64,000 nt of DNA from a virus, in IMG/VR virus record IMGVR_UViG_3300010218_000011, one strand, 5' to 3'. Both the position numbers and the translations under genes were made by a program. How positions within the stretch are numbered: the first letter of the stretch is position 1; each line of letters starts with the position of its first letter. The notes under the pieces were generated by a model. It was not told the origin of the DNA. It ran no database searches and worked only from the letters and a program-made list of their open reading frames with translations. Positions 1-9,862 of this stretch are shown piece by piece.

Positions 1-1610
1 GTCAATGTTGCTGTCGATTGCGACGCCGAGCTTGTCATTGCGACGTTGGCGACGATTGGCTTACCTGTTGTATTGACATACGTTGTGCCTACCGCTCGAG
101 ACCCTAACAAGTTTTGCCATGTTTGCCCAAATCCAAGCGAGCTCATCGAGGCCAGTGTCTGCCCGCCACAAGCCTGCACGGTTGTCGGACCCGTCGCCCA
201 GGTCCCAGCCGTCGCCTCGGTGATATCCGTGAAACCGACCACGCGGAATGGACTATTGGCCGAAACAGCGGACGCCGAATAGACCGTGCCAGCGGTCGTC
301 GCGCCGGCGCTGATTATGGTCGGGCTGATGAGCGTCGTTTCATCCAGATTCGGTGCGCCATTCAGATTCACTACGCATAGGACCGGCGAACCGCCGTTAT
401 ATGCAACGAGCCAGATAAGTCGCGCGCTAGTGGTATTCGCGGTTCCGAGCGTCGCGCCTGACGGGACGGTCAACGTCAAGTTCGCCGGAATCGATCCAAC
501 GACCGGTGTTCCGCTCGTCAGCGTTGGATTGCGGAACGCAAGTGCCGTGGGGGCTAAGAGCGTTCCGGTCAGAGCATTCGCAGCGACGGTTGCGCTGATC
601 GACGGGAAGACCTGCCCGAACTGCACCGCATGCTGGCTAGCAGTAGCGGGAGCTACCTGCATCGCGCCGCCAGTCGATTCGAGCAGGATCGCTTCGCTGT
701 AGTTCGTGCTGTAGGCAAACGTGGCAAAGCCGCCGGCGAGTAATTCACCACCCTGCAAAACTTGATGGCCAAGACCGATCACTGGGACCGCGCCGAGGCC
801 GTTGACGTTGAGCGACACGCTGCCGGTATTCGTGTTGGCGACGCGCACCGTGACGAGGAGGTAGTCGCTGTACGAAGCCGGGGCGGGCGAGAGGGTAGCC
901 GTGATGGCGTTGGCGGTGCCGCCTGCCAGACCGGCATAGTTGGTCGCGTCCGTCTGCATCATTTGCAGCAGGCTCGTGATCTGCGGCACGCCGGCCGGGA
1001 TCGAGATGTTGCCCGCACCGACCGACACTTGGCCGTTCGCAACCGTGACGACGGCGAGCGCCGTCCAACCCGAATCGACGGATGGCGTTACCTGTGTGCC
1101 GGTCGTGGCTGCGATGCCGGCTTTGGCCTGGATGACGCAAACGCCCTGACGCTCGGTCGGGAGCGTCGCGCCGCCGCCGCCTTGCCCATTGAGCGGCTGC
1201 TGTGGATTCGCGCTGTTGTAGAAGGGCAATACAACGGGATTCGTGTCTTGCGATTGAAACTGCGCTTCGATCAGGTAATTGATGCTGTATCCGGCCGTCG
1301 TCGGCGCTGGCGTGCTGATCGTCTGCGCAGCCATGTTCAAGCCTTGCTGCACGATCTGATCGGTCGTATCAGCAGGCAACGAACCGTACGTCGTCGCGTC
1401 GACGGATGCCAGCGTATAGATTTCGCCGATTCCCACGAGCACATTCAATGCAGCCGGCGAATTCGGCGTCACAGCGAGGCCGCGCACGACAGTATTGCTG
1501 CCGAAGACCGCTTGCGAGAGCTTCGCAATGGCGATCATGGTCGAGCGCTGGGCAAACAGGAAATCGGTGCTGCGCCCCTGCTCTTGGGTATATGCGATCG
1601 GACGATCCAA
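1..1610 (-). CDS. Tail fibre protein, partial (3' end runs off the left edge)
   Basis: Minus-strand frame open from TTG at 1610 (GGAG 6 nt upstream) to the window edge. Reads LDRPIAYTQEQGRSTDFLFAQR..., Gly/Thr/Ala-rich, ending ...GFGQTWQNLLGSRAVGTTYVNTTGKPI. Follows the baseplate genes. Not in the ORF track because no stop lies in the window. Confidence 0.7.
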   Translation of the reverse strand, partial: MDRPIAYTQEQGRSTDFLFAQRSTMIAIAKLSQAVFGSNTVVRGLAVTPNSPAALNVLVGIGEIYTLASVDATTYGSLPADTTDQIVQQGLNMAAQTISTPAPTTAGYSINYLIEAQFQSQDTNPVVLPFYNSANPQQPLNGQGGGGATLPTERQGVCVIQAKAGIAATTGTQVTPSVDSGWTALAVVTVANGQVSVGAGNISIPAGVPQITSLLQMMQTDATNYAGLAGGTANAITATLSPAPASYSDYLLVTVRVANTNTGSVSLNVNGLGAVPVIGLGHQVLQGGELLAGGFATFAYSTNYSEAILLESTGGAMQVAPATASQHAVQFGQVFPSISATVAANALTGTLLAPTALAFRNPTLTSGTPVVGSIPANLTLTVPSGATLGTANTTSARLIWLVAYNGGSPVLCVVNLNGAPNLDETTLISPTIISAGATTAGTVYSASAVSANSPFRVVGFTDITEATAGTWATGPTTVQACGGQTLASMSSLGFGQTWQNLLGSRAVGTTYVNTTGKPIVANVAMTSSASQSTATL

Positions 1611-1620
1611 AATAAGCTCC

Positions 1621-1652
1621 AGAAACGAAAAAGCCGCCTCAGTGGGCGGCTT
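1621..1652 (-). terminator. Intrinsic terminator between baseplate and fibre genes
   Basis: AAGCCGCC/GGCGGCTT 8-bp stem with a 6-nt loop, followed on the minus strand by TTTTTCGTTTCT. Confidence 0.6.
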
Positions 1653-1675
1653 GGAGAAAAATGGAAGTGCTGGGA

Positions 1676-2332
1676 TTACGGTGTGACGGGGTTGTCCAAA
1701 ATTCTCATCCAGACGATCGACCCCGTCATTCTTGTGCTCTCGACGGCCGCGATGATGGCTGCGTCAGTAACGGAAGTGATTTGCTGATCCGACCATGCGC
1801 CATATGAGTCCCACGACCAGCGCCATGAATCAAGTTCGCCGAGCGACTGCGCGTTCGTGAGCGGACGATAGACAGTGACGAAGCTCTGGTACGGCATCGG
1901 ATCGCCCCACTTGCCGACGCCCGTATCCCAATAGAACGCTCCATCCCATCCGCCCGAATCGTTCGTATTGCTGGGCTCGAAAATGTCCGGCGTGCGCCCG
2001 GTAATGAGCGCGAGGACGGCCGACATGTTCGCGCGCGTCGGCCCTTTGACGAACAAGTTGGCGAGGATGCGCGTGCGATACGCGCCATCGGTCTCATTCG
2101 TCAGCCGCAGCAGATTCGTGCCGAAGAAGTCGTTGGCGATGAGGTCGAGAAAGCCATCGGTAGCTGTCGCAATCCGCGTCTGCAACGCCGCATAGGTGAT
2201 CTGACTGTAGATCGTCGACAAAGCCCATGCGGGGCCTTGGAGCGTTGCGTCGAACTTGGGCGAGGACTTGAACCATGAGACGGGGATCTGCGCCTTCAGC
2301 CGTGCCGCGAGGTCAGTGATGTCGCCGATCAT
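1676..2332 (-). CDS. Baseplate protein, Mu gp48 / P2 gpI-like
   Basis: 218 aa directly after the baseplate-J-like gene. GFLDLIANDFFG..R motif typical of this family (recalled). Mu gene order. Confidence 0.6.
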   Translation of the reverse strand: MIGDITDLAARLKAQIPVSWFKSSPKFDATLQGPAWALSTIYSQITYAALQTRIATATDGFLDLIANDFFGTNLLRLTNETDGAYRTRILANLFVKGPTRANMSAVLALITGRTPDIFEPSNTNDSGGWDGAFYWDTGVGKWGDPMPYQSFVTVYRPLTNAQSLGELDSWRWSWDSYGAWSDQQITSVTDAAIIAAVESTRMTGSIVWMRILDNPVTP

Positions 2333-2334
2333 GT

Positions 2335-3507
2335 TCAGTTGATGGTGATTGTGCCAGCGACGAGTGCCCCGTTGGCGCCTGCGGGAAGATCAGCCGTCCC
2401 GCCATTGAGCGTCATCGTGTTCGCGACCGTGGCGACGCCCGGAACGCCCCAGATGATCTGGAATATTTGCGTCCATTCGAGCGTACCGCCGAGCGGAATT
2501 GAGGCGATGAAATTGTCGAGCGCGGTTTGTACTGCTGCCTCGACATTCGCCAGCGTGTAGCCCGACGCTGCGGTGATCGTTGCGGTGATATTCGCCGTGA
2601 CTTGCGTTGCCGCGAACACATCGAACGTGATCGAAAGACCCCGAATCGCATCGATCGCCGAATAGACGGCGGTCTTGAGCGTGTTCGTATAGGGCGAGAT
2701 GACGACGTAGAAATAGCCTGGCTGGCTGGCTCCGGCGAGCGTTTGGTTTTCGACGATCTCGTACTGAATGCCCTGCTGCACACCTGCGATCGCCGATTCT
2801 ACGGCCGCCTTGATCGCCGCGCGCAAGCCAGAGACGTAAGTCTGAAAGCGCGCCTGTACCGCCGAATCACTTTCCTGATTCACGCCGTTCGTGAACGCAC
2901 TTGCGTTTGTGACGGTATCGACGTATTGAATCGCGGTGGAAATGGTCGTGATTGTGCCCGCAGCGACATTACTCTGAATGCCGGCGTTCTGCGCCTGTAC
3001 CGTTACCTGCGCACTCGCGACGCCTGCGGGAATCACGTAGGCATTCGTCGCGGCATTCCAATACGTTTGCGTCGAATCGGGGATGACCTGAAACTGTTGC
3101 GTACCGTCAGCCGTGAGCAGCATCACGCCGCCCGAATACGATCCGCCTACACCACTCGAATTCGCGGTGTACGTCCCAGCCAGAATCGTTGCTTGCGCAG
3201 TTGCGGTAAAGCGTGAGAATGTGACTTGCCCAGTTGACGCGACAGCCGCCTCACGAGGCGGGCATCCGAAATCGGCAATGAACGTGTCGATGTCATTGCC
3301 CGTCGAGGTAGACAGGCGCGTCACGCTCAACAGTTGCATCACGAGCGACTGGAGCCACATCGCGACCGCCGCGACCGCCTCCACACGGGCCAACTCGAGC
3401 GAACCCACGACGAAGCGCAAAACGCCGCCCAGCGCAGTCACCGCCGACTGAATCGCCGCGACCTGTTGCTCGACGATGCGCGTGAAGCTTTGGGTGTTAA
3501 GAGCCAT
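2335..3507 (-). CDS. Baseplate J-like protein (Mu gp47 / P2 gpJ-like)
   Basis: 390 aa; position between the gp25/W-like and gp48-like genes. Confidence 0.7.
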   Translation of the reverse strand: MALNTQSFTRIVEQQVAAIQSAVTALGGVLRFVVGSLELARVEAVAAVAMWLQSLVMQLLSVTRLSTSTGNDIDTFIADFGCPPREAAVASTGQVTFSRFTATAQATILAGTYTANSSGVGGSYSGGVMLLTADGTQQFQVIPDSTQTYWNAATNAYVIPAGVASAQVTVQAQNAGIQSNVAAGTITTISTAIQYVDTVTNASAFTNGVNQESDSAVQARFQTYVSGLRAAIKAAVESAIAGVQQGIQYEIVENQTLAGASQPGYFYVVISPYTNTLKTAVYSAIDAIRGLSITFDVFAATQVTANITATITAASGYTLANVEAAVQTALDNFIASIPLGGTLEWTQIFQIIWGVPGVATVANTMTLNGGTADLPAGANGALVAGTITIN

Positions 3508-3883
3508 ACGCGGGAACGTTGAAGGTGAGGGTCTGCGGGACGCGCGTCGGCGCGTAGACGTAGTTGATCGTGACGCTCAATAGACCGCTCGTGTCTGCCT
3601 GATAGGTGTAGGTCGCGGCTGGCTGCTTCTGGACGTCGGGTTCGTCTTTCAGGACGCTTTGAATCAGCGACTTGATCTCGGTGAATTGCTCATTCGACAG
3701 CGCGCGGCCGACGAATCTGCCTAGGCCTGCGCCGTACGTCGGATGCCAGATGTAGGTGCCGGGGGGCGTGAGTAGGGCGCGGACGATACGCTGATTCAGT
3801 TCCGTTACGCCCATTGCGGTCAAATCGTCACCCGAGGCCGAGAACTCGATGTCCTGGCCCCACCAGTGGTATGCGTCTGTCAT
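3497..3883 (-). CDS. Baseplate wedge protein, GPW/gp25-like (Mu gp46-like)
   Basis: 128 aa; ...RIVRALLTPPGTYIWHPTYGAGL... resembles the GPW_gp25 core; synteny. Confidence 0.7.
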   Translation of the reverse strand: MTDAYHWWGQDIEFSASGDDLTAMGVTELNQRIVRALLTPPGTYIWHPTYGAGLGRFVGRALSNEQFTEIKSLIQSVLKDEPDVQKQPAATYTYQADTSGLLSVTINYVYAPTRVPQTLTFNVPAYGS

Positions 3884-3891
3884 AGAATCCT

Positions 3892-4509
3892 TTAAAGCGG
3901 TGCTGTGGTATCGCCGCCCTGGGGATCGCCGTGAATGTGACCTTTGAGCGACTTGCCGCCGCCAACGACGTCCACCGTCACTGTGAGCGTGCCGCCCATC
4001 GATGCGTTACCGCCGTTCGATCCCTGACCCTGCTCGATCGGGCCATTCAAGATGATGTTTGGCGAATTGATCGCGCACTGAGTAGCGGCATTGATGTTCA
4101 CATTGGGAGCCGAAAGCGTCATCGTGGCCGCCGCGCTGATCGTCACAGTTCCGTCGTTATTCAGCTTGACGTACGACCCCTTGCTGTCGACGATTGCCGC
4201 CTGACCGGATTGAACGACCGGCGGCCGAGCCGAATTGTTGAAGAATCGGGCGCCAACCAAGCACGCTTCGACGCGGCCATCGACGAAGTCCAGCCGCACA
4301 GAGTCACCGATCGCCGGCCCGAACACCGCGCCGAAATTGTTCCCAACCCACGGCGCCGAAAGCGGCACGAAGCCCGTTTCTTCCATCGTCGGCATGACGA
4401 TGACCTTGACCGTGTAGTCGTTCGGGTTGTAGGCGCTGATCTGGCCATACTTCGTCGTGATGAACTGCGCCAGGAACTCGGAGACGACGCGCTTGATGTG
4501 TTCGATCAT
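3892..4509 (-). CDS. Baseplate spike / assembly protein V (Mu gp45-like)
   Basis: 205 aa; N-terminal OB-like segment ...GPAIGDSVRLDFVDG..., Gly-rich C-terminus; synteny. Confidence 0.75.
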   Translation of the reverse strand: MIEHIKRVVSEFLAQFITTKYGQISAYNPNDYTVKVIVMPTMEETGFVPLSAPWVGNNFGAVFGPAIGDSVRLDFVDGRVEACLVGARFFNNSARPPVVQSGQAAIVDSKGSYVKLNNDGTVTISAAATMTLSAPNVNINAATQCAINSPNIILNGPIEQGQGSNGGNASMGGTLTVTVDVVGGGKSLKGHIHGDPQGGDTTAPL

Positions 4510-5624
4510 CCGAGCACCACCGTCTGGGCCTGTGTTGCCGTCTTGCCGTGTACCGTGGTGTCGAAGCGCGGCGGATCGATCGAGCAGCGCCGCATAACGC
4601 GCGCGGCCTGATACGTCGTGTCGTATGGGGTGCCGGTGCCGCGAACCTCAATCGGCGTCCAGGGGTAGATGATCGCGTCACCGGAGAGGCGCGCTTCCAT
4701 CTTGTATTCGTGTTTGCTGATCTGGTCGAGCAACTGTTGCGCCTTGGCGTCGCATTGAGCCTGTGTTAGCCCAACGAACGTGTAGTCGTACTCTTGGACG
4801 CTTTGAGCCAGTGAGGCGTTGCGCTCGATGCGCTTGGCTGTCTTGCTGGCCTTTGCGACAGACGTGTACACGGCGTTTTTCATGCCGTGATAGCTGCGCA
4901 CGCGCACGGAGACGTCATTCGCCAGCGTCAGGTCGTGCTCGAACTCAAGATCAACTGCGTTCGATCGCGGGTAAGGTCGGTCAGTCGTCGGCGGCTCGTA
5001 TTGGATCAGGTATGGCTCATTCGATAGAGCGCTAGAAAACTTCCCGAAATGCAGCTTGCGCCCCAATACAAAGCATTGATACCCCTCGCGCTGGGCGAGG
5101 TACGTCAAGATCGACCAAATGGTTTGCTGATGGTGCAGATTGACGTGATCGAGCGTGAAGAAGTGCCCGACGAGATCCTTGGTCTCCTGAACGTCAGCGG
5201 TCAATCCAACAAGTCCAACGAGGTAGGTCGCTACCTGGCTTGCTGTCTGGTTTTGGAACTTCAGATCGACCTTTTTATCGGTCAAGAGTCCCGTCAAATC
5301 GCGCCCAGAGAGCGTGATCCCCTGCGTCATGGCATTCAAGCGCACCGAATCGATGCGATAGGTCTGCAACAGCGTCAGATCGCGCGCCGAATAATTGCGC
5401 GGGTCTTTGGGAAACCCGACATAGACGTCAATCAAGATTTCCGTCTGCTGCGTCCACCATGCCCAATCTGCGGCCTTTGCGGGGATTTCGACTCGAAGCG
5501 TGCCCGCCTCGTAGATTCCGTTGTGCCCCGAAAACCAATCGCACCAGTCAATCACTTTCGAGCCGACCATGAGAATCGACCGCGGCGCGGCGAGCGTGCC
5601 GGCAGTCGGGAGCGTATTCAGCAT
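4506..5624 (-). CDS. Baseplate hub protein, gpD / Mu gp44-like
   Basis: 372 aa between the DNA-circulation-like gene and the spike gene; overlapping stop/start with neighbours. Confidence 0.65.
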   Translation of the reverse strand: MLNTLPTAGTLAAPRSILMVGSKVIDWCDWFSGHNGIYEAGTLRVEIPAKAADWAWWTQQTEILIDVYVGFPKDPRNYSARDLTLLQTYRIDSVRLNAMTQGITLSGRDLTGLLTDKKVDLKFQNQTASQVATYLVGLVGLTADVQETKDLVGHFFTLDHVNLHHQQTIWSILTYLAQREGYQCFVLGRKLHFGKFSSALSNEPYLIQYEPPTTDRPYPRSNAVDLEFEHDLTLANDVSVRVRSYHGMKNAVYTSVAKASKTAKRIERNASLAQSVQEYDYTFVGLTQAQCDAKAQQLLDQISKHEYKMEARLSGDAIIYPWTPIEVRGTGTPYDTTYQAARVMRRCSIDPPRFDTTVHGKTATQAQTVVLG

Positions 5625-5627
5625 GGG

Positions 5628-6638
5628 TCAAGGGATGATGATCGTGTTGATGCCGGTGAGCACCGGGTCAGTCAGCTTGTTCGCCGCAGCGATGTCAGTC
5701 CAGCGCGAGGCATCGCCGTAATGCTGAGCCGCGATCGTGTACAGATCGCCTCCGCCAACTGTGATCGTCTTGGCGCTCGTCGGCGTCGAAACAAGGGGCA
5801 GGTTCGTCTGCATCCGCGCGCAGATGCTGCGCAGCTCATATAGTTCGGGCAACTGCACCGCCGAATTCATCTTCGACAGTGCGTTATAGATATTCGTCGC
5901 GGCCGGAAGACCCGGCACGACGCCGGCCACGTTCGCAACGGTGTTTTCGGCCGTCGCAATCATGCCTTGCACGCGCGTCGCAACCGCCGCGAGAGGCGCT
6001 GTTACTGAAGAGATGGCAGATTCCGCGGTGTTGACGATCTCATCGGCGCAGTTGGCGACACCGGAAATAAACGACGTGACCGCTTTCAGGCCGTTCGCGA
6101 TCGGCTGCACTGCCGTCTGTACCGCGCTCATGGCCGAATTCAAGTCGCCGATCAGACCGTTGAGCGTCGAATCGCCCAGGCAGTTCGACAGCGTGCCCAT
6201 GCGCGACATGTCGGCCGCCAACGCCTGCGCCGGCGTGACGGTCGGGACTGAATCGACGGTCGCCGTCTGATCTTCAACGACTTCGAACCGAATCCAATAC
6301 GGGATTTTGAACGGGTACTTGTACGTCGCTCGGAACTCGGCAACGACCACCGTGTAGCGAAGTGCGTCCCACGACAGCGTGCATTGCAACCCTTCGCGAC
6401 GAACGCTGTCGAGGAATCGCGCCCGATCGACGGCGGATGCGTAGAGGAACAACCCCGACCAAGCCAGCGGGGAATCGTCCGCGCCCATCGCGTTGATGCG
6501 GCGCCGGCCGCCGATCATCTTCTTGACGTCGAGCAACTGTTGGCCGCCGAATTGGATGCTCTCCGGCACTTCGGCGCCGCTGAACGTGAATACTCCATTC
6601 GGCGTGTCCAGCGTCAGAGTTGCAAAGGGGTTCATCAA
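5628..6638 (-). CDS. Mu gp43-like (DNA circulation) tail protein with C-terminal LysM-like segment
   Basis: 336 aa directly after the tape measure; C-terminus ...VGGGDLYTIAAQHYGDASRWTDIAAANKL... is LysM-like. Confidence 0.6.
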   Translation of the reverse strand: MMNPFATLTLDTPNGVFTFSGAEVPESIQFGGQQLLDVKKMIGGRRRINAMGADDSPLAWSGLFLYASAVDRARFLDSVRREGLQCTLSWDALRYTVVVAEFRATYKYPFKIPYWIRFEVVEDQTATVDSVPTVTPAQALAADMSRMGTLSNCLGDSTLNGLIGDLNSAMSAVQTAVQPIANGLKAVTSFISGVANCADEIVNTAESAISSVTAPLAAVATRVQGMIATAENTVANVAGVVPGLPAATNIYNALSKMNSAVQLPELYELRSICARMQTNLPLVSTPTSAKTITVGGGDLYTIAAQHYGDASRWTDIAAANKLTDPVLTGINTIIIP

Positions 6639-8833
6639 AACACTCCCATTGCAGGCGTGTAGACCGTCGAATCACCATTGAAGCCAGTCGGCCCAGTCGT
6701 CTTCGGCGGAATCATCTTCTTCTCGACATGTGCTGCGACATCGTGGCTGTCGATCTTCACGGTGACATGCGTATCGTGCTTAGCGGCTGGATCCGCCTTT
6801 GTCACGTTGTCACCACCGAAGGCTGGACCGCCGCCCGCGATGCCCTGATAGAACGTCAATTGCTGATCAGGCGTCATCTTCGACGTCAGCGACTCGTAGC
6901 CGCGGTGGATCAAATAGGCGATACCGCCCGCGATAAGCGTCCCGATCGCGATTTCGCCGCCAATCGCCGCCAGAGTGGCTGCGCCGATTTCTTCGCCAGT
7001 GATCGCGGTAGCCGCTCGAGCGAGCATGGTGCCGGCGCCACTCACGAGGAATTTCGAAAGCTTGACCGCGCCTTTTTCGATCATGCCCGTCGCGCCCTTG
7101 GCGCCCTTCCATGCGCCCATCCCGGCCACGGCACCGCCGAACAGCATCCCGAGATCCAGCGCTCCGCCCAGGATCGGGTGATCCTTCGAAAAATCGGCCG
7201 TGCTGCCAAAGAAGGAGCCCGCGCCCTTCAAGAGCGAATTGATCGGGCCCATCATCGCCTGCGTGCCGTTCATCAGCGTGATGTTGGCGTTGGCGATCGT
7301 CTGATCGGCGAGGCCAACAGTGCTGACCTGGGAAATCATCTGACCGACGTCCATCGGCGGCTGCGAAAAGTTCTTCAAGTCGGCGAGCGCATGCAGGTTG
7401 CCGATCGTCGACTCTTCGCTGAAAAACGATGCCCCGCGCTGCCCCTGCGTGCCGAACGCCATCTTCAGGAGCGCATTGAACTTCAGAGGCTCCATCTTCT
7501 CGCGATCGGCCGCCAGGATCGACACGATCTTCATCAAGTCCATGTTGCCGTTCGCGTAGAACGCAGACTGGTTGCCGTGATAGAGCCCGAGCGCTTGGAG
7601 TGCCTCGTTTTGCTTCTTGTTCGAAAACAGCCCGCTGCCGAGCGTATTAGGCAGCGAATTCATGGCCATGGCGTTAAGCCACGTGCCCGACTTCGTGTTC
7701 ATGATGCCGCCCTGCATCATCGTCGCGACGAGCAGCATGACGTCGCTCGAATTCGCGCCGGCCGCATGAAGGGCGGGTAGGGCATAACTCGCCGCGCGCG
7801 CGATCTGGCCAAGCGATGCGTGCGAGGTGAGCGACGCTTGGAGCATCGACTCATAGAGCGGCTGCGCAGCTTGAGGCGTGTATGCGCCGGCCATGTGCGA
7901 GAGACCGATAAAAGCCTGCGTCGCTTCCGGCATCGAAACGCCCTTGAGCTTGGACTCGAGCGCGATATACGGCATCGCGAAGTCCAGCATCTGCCGCTGC
8001 TGCGCTGCCGACAACGTGCGCATCAGCCGCGAGCCTTCAAGCATCGACTCGCCGAACGGCTCTATATGGCCGCCCGTCGCCCAGGCGTACTGGCTCGCAT
8101 ATGCCATCTCGCGGGAACGCAGTTCGGCGAGACTTCCTTGCCATTGGCTGAACGGGATCTGGGCCGTCGCGACGGACTTGACGTTCTGGTCATTCAGACG
8201 AGCGTTCTCATACGCGCCGTAGAGCATTCCAGCCGTCGCCACACCAGTCGCGGCACCAACGTTGCCGTTCGAGCGACGCGGGCCTGCCGCCACAGTGCCG
8301 CCGCCGGATCCGCCTAGCGGCACTTCAGTGATCAGTCCGTCGCCATCGATTACGTCCGACGTGTATCGACCGCCATTTTGGACAACGAGCGCGCCGCCCG
8401 GCGTTTCTCGTACGGCAAGAGGGCCACCTCGACTTCCGCCGCCAACTCCACCGCTTCGACCACCGCCGCCACCACCGCCGCCACCACCGCCACCGGTAGC
8501 GCTCCATCGCGGAGGATGCATCGAATTAGCCTCGGCGCGCGCCGCCGCCATATTGCGAGCGAAATCGGCGCTGCTCGCCGCCATCGTGTCGAGTACATAG
8601 CTGGCACGTGTCAAGCTGCCGGCGCTATCGCCGAGCGCTGTTGCCGCGGCAGCAGCCTTCTCGAAATTGCGGGCCATCCCCAGGCCAGATGCCGAGGCCT
8701 TGCGCGCCGCCTCGGCGAACGAAAGCATCGCCGTATTGGCTTTGTCCGCCCATTCCGCGATGAGCATCAGGCGATTGCTGACGTTATCCGTCAACTCCGC
8801 CGTGACGGCGATCGAATAGGCGTTGATCGTCAT
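6635..8833 (-). CDS. Tail tape measure protein
   Basis: 732 aa, Ala/Gly-rich with hydrophobic C-terminal segments; lies between the chaperone region and the baseplate. Confidence 0.8.
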   Translation of the reverse strand: MTINAYSIAVTAELTDNVSNRLMLIAEWADKANTAMLSFAEAARKASASGLGMARNFEKAAAAATALGDSAGSLTRASYVLDTMAASSADFARNMAAARAEANSMHPPRWSATGGGGGGGGGGGGRSGGVGGGSRGGPLAVRETPGGALVVQNGGRYTSDVIDGDGLITEVPLGGSGGGTVAAGPRRSNGNVGAATGVATAGMLYGAYENARLNDQNVKSVATAQIPFSQWQGSLAELRSREMAYASQYAWATGGHIEPFGESMLEGSRLMRTLSAAQQRQMLDFAMPYIALESKLKGVSMPEATQAFIGLSHMAGAYTPQAAQPLYESMLQASLTSHASLGQIARAASYALPALHAAGANSSDVMLLVATMMQGGIMNTKSGTWLNAMAMNSLPNTLGSGLFSNKKQNEALQALGLYHGNQSAFYANGNMDLMKIVSILAADREKMEPLKFNALLKMAFGTQGQRGASFFSEESTIGNLHALADLKNFSQPPMDVGQMISQVSTVGLADQTIANANITLMNGTQAMMGPINSLLKGAGSFFGSTADFSKDHPILGGALDLGMLFGGAVAGMGAWKGAKGATGMIEKGAVKLSKFLVSGAGTMLARAATAITGEEIGAATLAAIGGEIAIGTLIAGGIAYLIHRGYESLTSKMTPDQQLTFYQGIAGGGPAFGGDNVTKADPAAKHDTHVTVKIDSHDVAAHVEKKMIPPKTTGPTGFNGDSTVYTPAMGVF
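8423..8494 (-). repeat. Poly-glycine coding tract inside the tape measure gene
   Basis: Encodes G12-RSGGVGGGSRGG; plus strand reads as (CCACCGCCG)-like triplet repeats. Confidence 0.9.
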
Positions 8834-9312
8834 TTCTTGCCTGCAATGGTGTCTTCTACGGCTTGGCCGACAAGATTCACGACTTCTTCGGCATCTCGGT
8901 ATAGGGCGGGGCCGAGCACCGGGCGCGGCGGAATCCCCTCTGCGGTGCCCAGTTCTTGATAGACCATGATCTCGGACTTACTGCCCACCGTGAAATGTCG
9001 CGGGCCAGCTTCATGCTCGATGCTCTCGCGCAGTCCACCTTTGACGAGCAAAGGCGTGTTTGGACCAGCATCGGGGGCAGCCTCGCCGTCGACGATCGCC
9101 TGAATGTGCTGCTGTTTCGTCGCGTCCTGCAGTTCGGACCATTCTTCGAACGGCCCCATGTCTTCGCGCTGGTAGTGGCCGAATTCGGCTTTAGCGGTCG
9201 CTTCCACGAGGAGAGCGCCTGCCTCCATCGCGGTGGCATAGGCGCCTTCAAGCTCGGCCGCGGCTCGCTCCATCGCTCGCGCAAATGCGCCGAATGACTG
9301 GTAGGTCTTCAC
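8830..9312 (-). CDS. HK97 gp10-like virion protein
   Basis: 160 aa, GTG start; GGLRESIEHE..FTVGSKSEIMVYQELGTAEGIPPRPVLGPAL matches the gp10-family pattern as recalled. Confidence 0.55.
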   Translation of the reverse strand: MKTYQSFGAFARAMERAAAELEGAYATAMEAGALLVEATAKAEFGHYQREDMGPFEEWSELQDATKQQHIQAIVDGEAAPDAGPNTPLLVKGGLRESIEHEAGPRHFTVGSKSEIMVYQELGTAEGIPPRPVLGPALYRDAEEVVNLVGQAVEDTIAGKK

Positions 9313-9859
9313 GGCTTAACCTCTTCCCAATCATTGTTGGACCACGACCACTTGCGGCCTCGCATCTCGCCAGCAGCTACGCACCATCCGAATACCTCAG
9401 TGGGCGAGAAAGTCATGATGACATCCCACGGGACCCCTGCGGCGAGCAACGTCAACACCTTCTTGACGCCAGGGTCCCGGCTTATTTTTTTGCCTGTTCA
9501 GCCAACTCCTTCTCGTCGCGCTCGTCGAAAGCCTTGATGCCGCGCTGAAGGGCGTTCAAGCCCTTGAAGCCGAGTCGGTTGATGAGCGCCCGCATTTGCA
9601 GCAGCGTCGAGCACGGCGAAATCTTCTCGTCGTTGATCGCGCTCAAATAGATGAGCGGCAGATACATATGGACGAGCCTGGTATTGTTCGCGGCGTCCGC
9701 GCCCATCGCCTGCACCATGTCGTACTGAGCAAGCGGGCCGGGGTAGTTCAGCGTGAGCGTACGCCCATCGCCGACAGGCACGAGCAGGGTATCGCCATTG
9801 ATGACAAGTTCGTCGGACGGCGCATCGCCGCTCGTTTCGATAACGTTCAGATCGGACAT
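9309..9859 (-). CDS. Tail assembly chaperone, -1 frameshift fusion (GT-like)
   Basis: After a -1 slip on A_AAA_AAA the frame stays open for 58 more codons (ISRDPGVKKVLTLLAAGVPWDVIMTFSPTEVFGW...EEVKP). It ends in a GTGA overlap with the next gene. Confidence 0.65.
9482..9859 (-). CDS. Tail assembly chaperone (G-like, frame-0 product)
   Basis: 125 aa between tube and tape measure; ends ...EQAKK on an A7 slippery run. Confidence 0.7.
   Translation of the reverse strand: MSDLNVIETSGDAPSDELVINGDTLLVPVGDGRTLTLNYPGPLAQYDMVQAMGADAANNTRLVHMYLPLIYLSAINDEKISPCSTLLQMRALINRLGFKGLNALQRGIKAFDERDEKELAEQAKK
9485..9491 (-). promoter_or_regulatory. Slippery heptanucleotide A_AAA_AAA for -1 programmed frameshifting
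   Basis: Seven T on the plus strand (A7 on the coding strand) immediately 5' of the frame-0 TAA. Confidence 0.65.
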
Positions 9860-9862
9860 GGT

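Noticed and set aside
762-1787. 341-aa plus-strand ORF. Similar long plus-strand ORFs lie at 286..702, 6620..7780, 10309..11544, 12841..13662, 15443..16639 and 3931..4611.
   Set aside because: These are Arg/His-rich, low-complexity translations lying antisense to clearly recognisable minus-strand structural genes. They are the typical shadow ORFs of GC-rich DNA.
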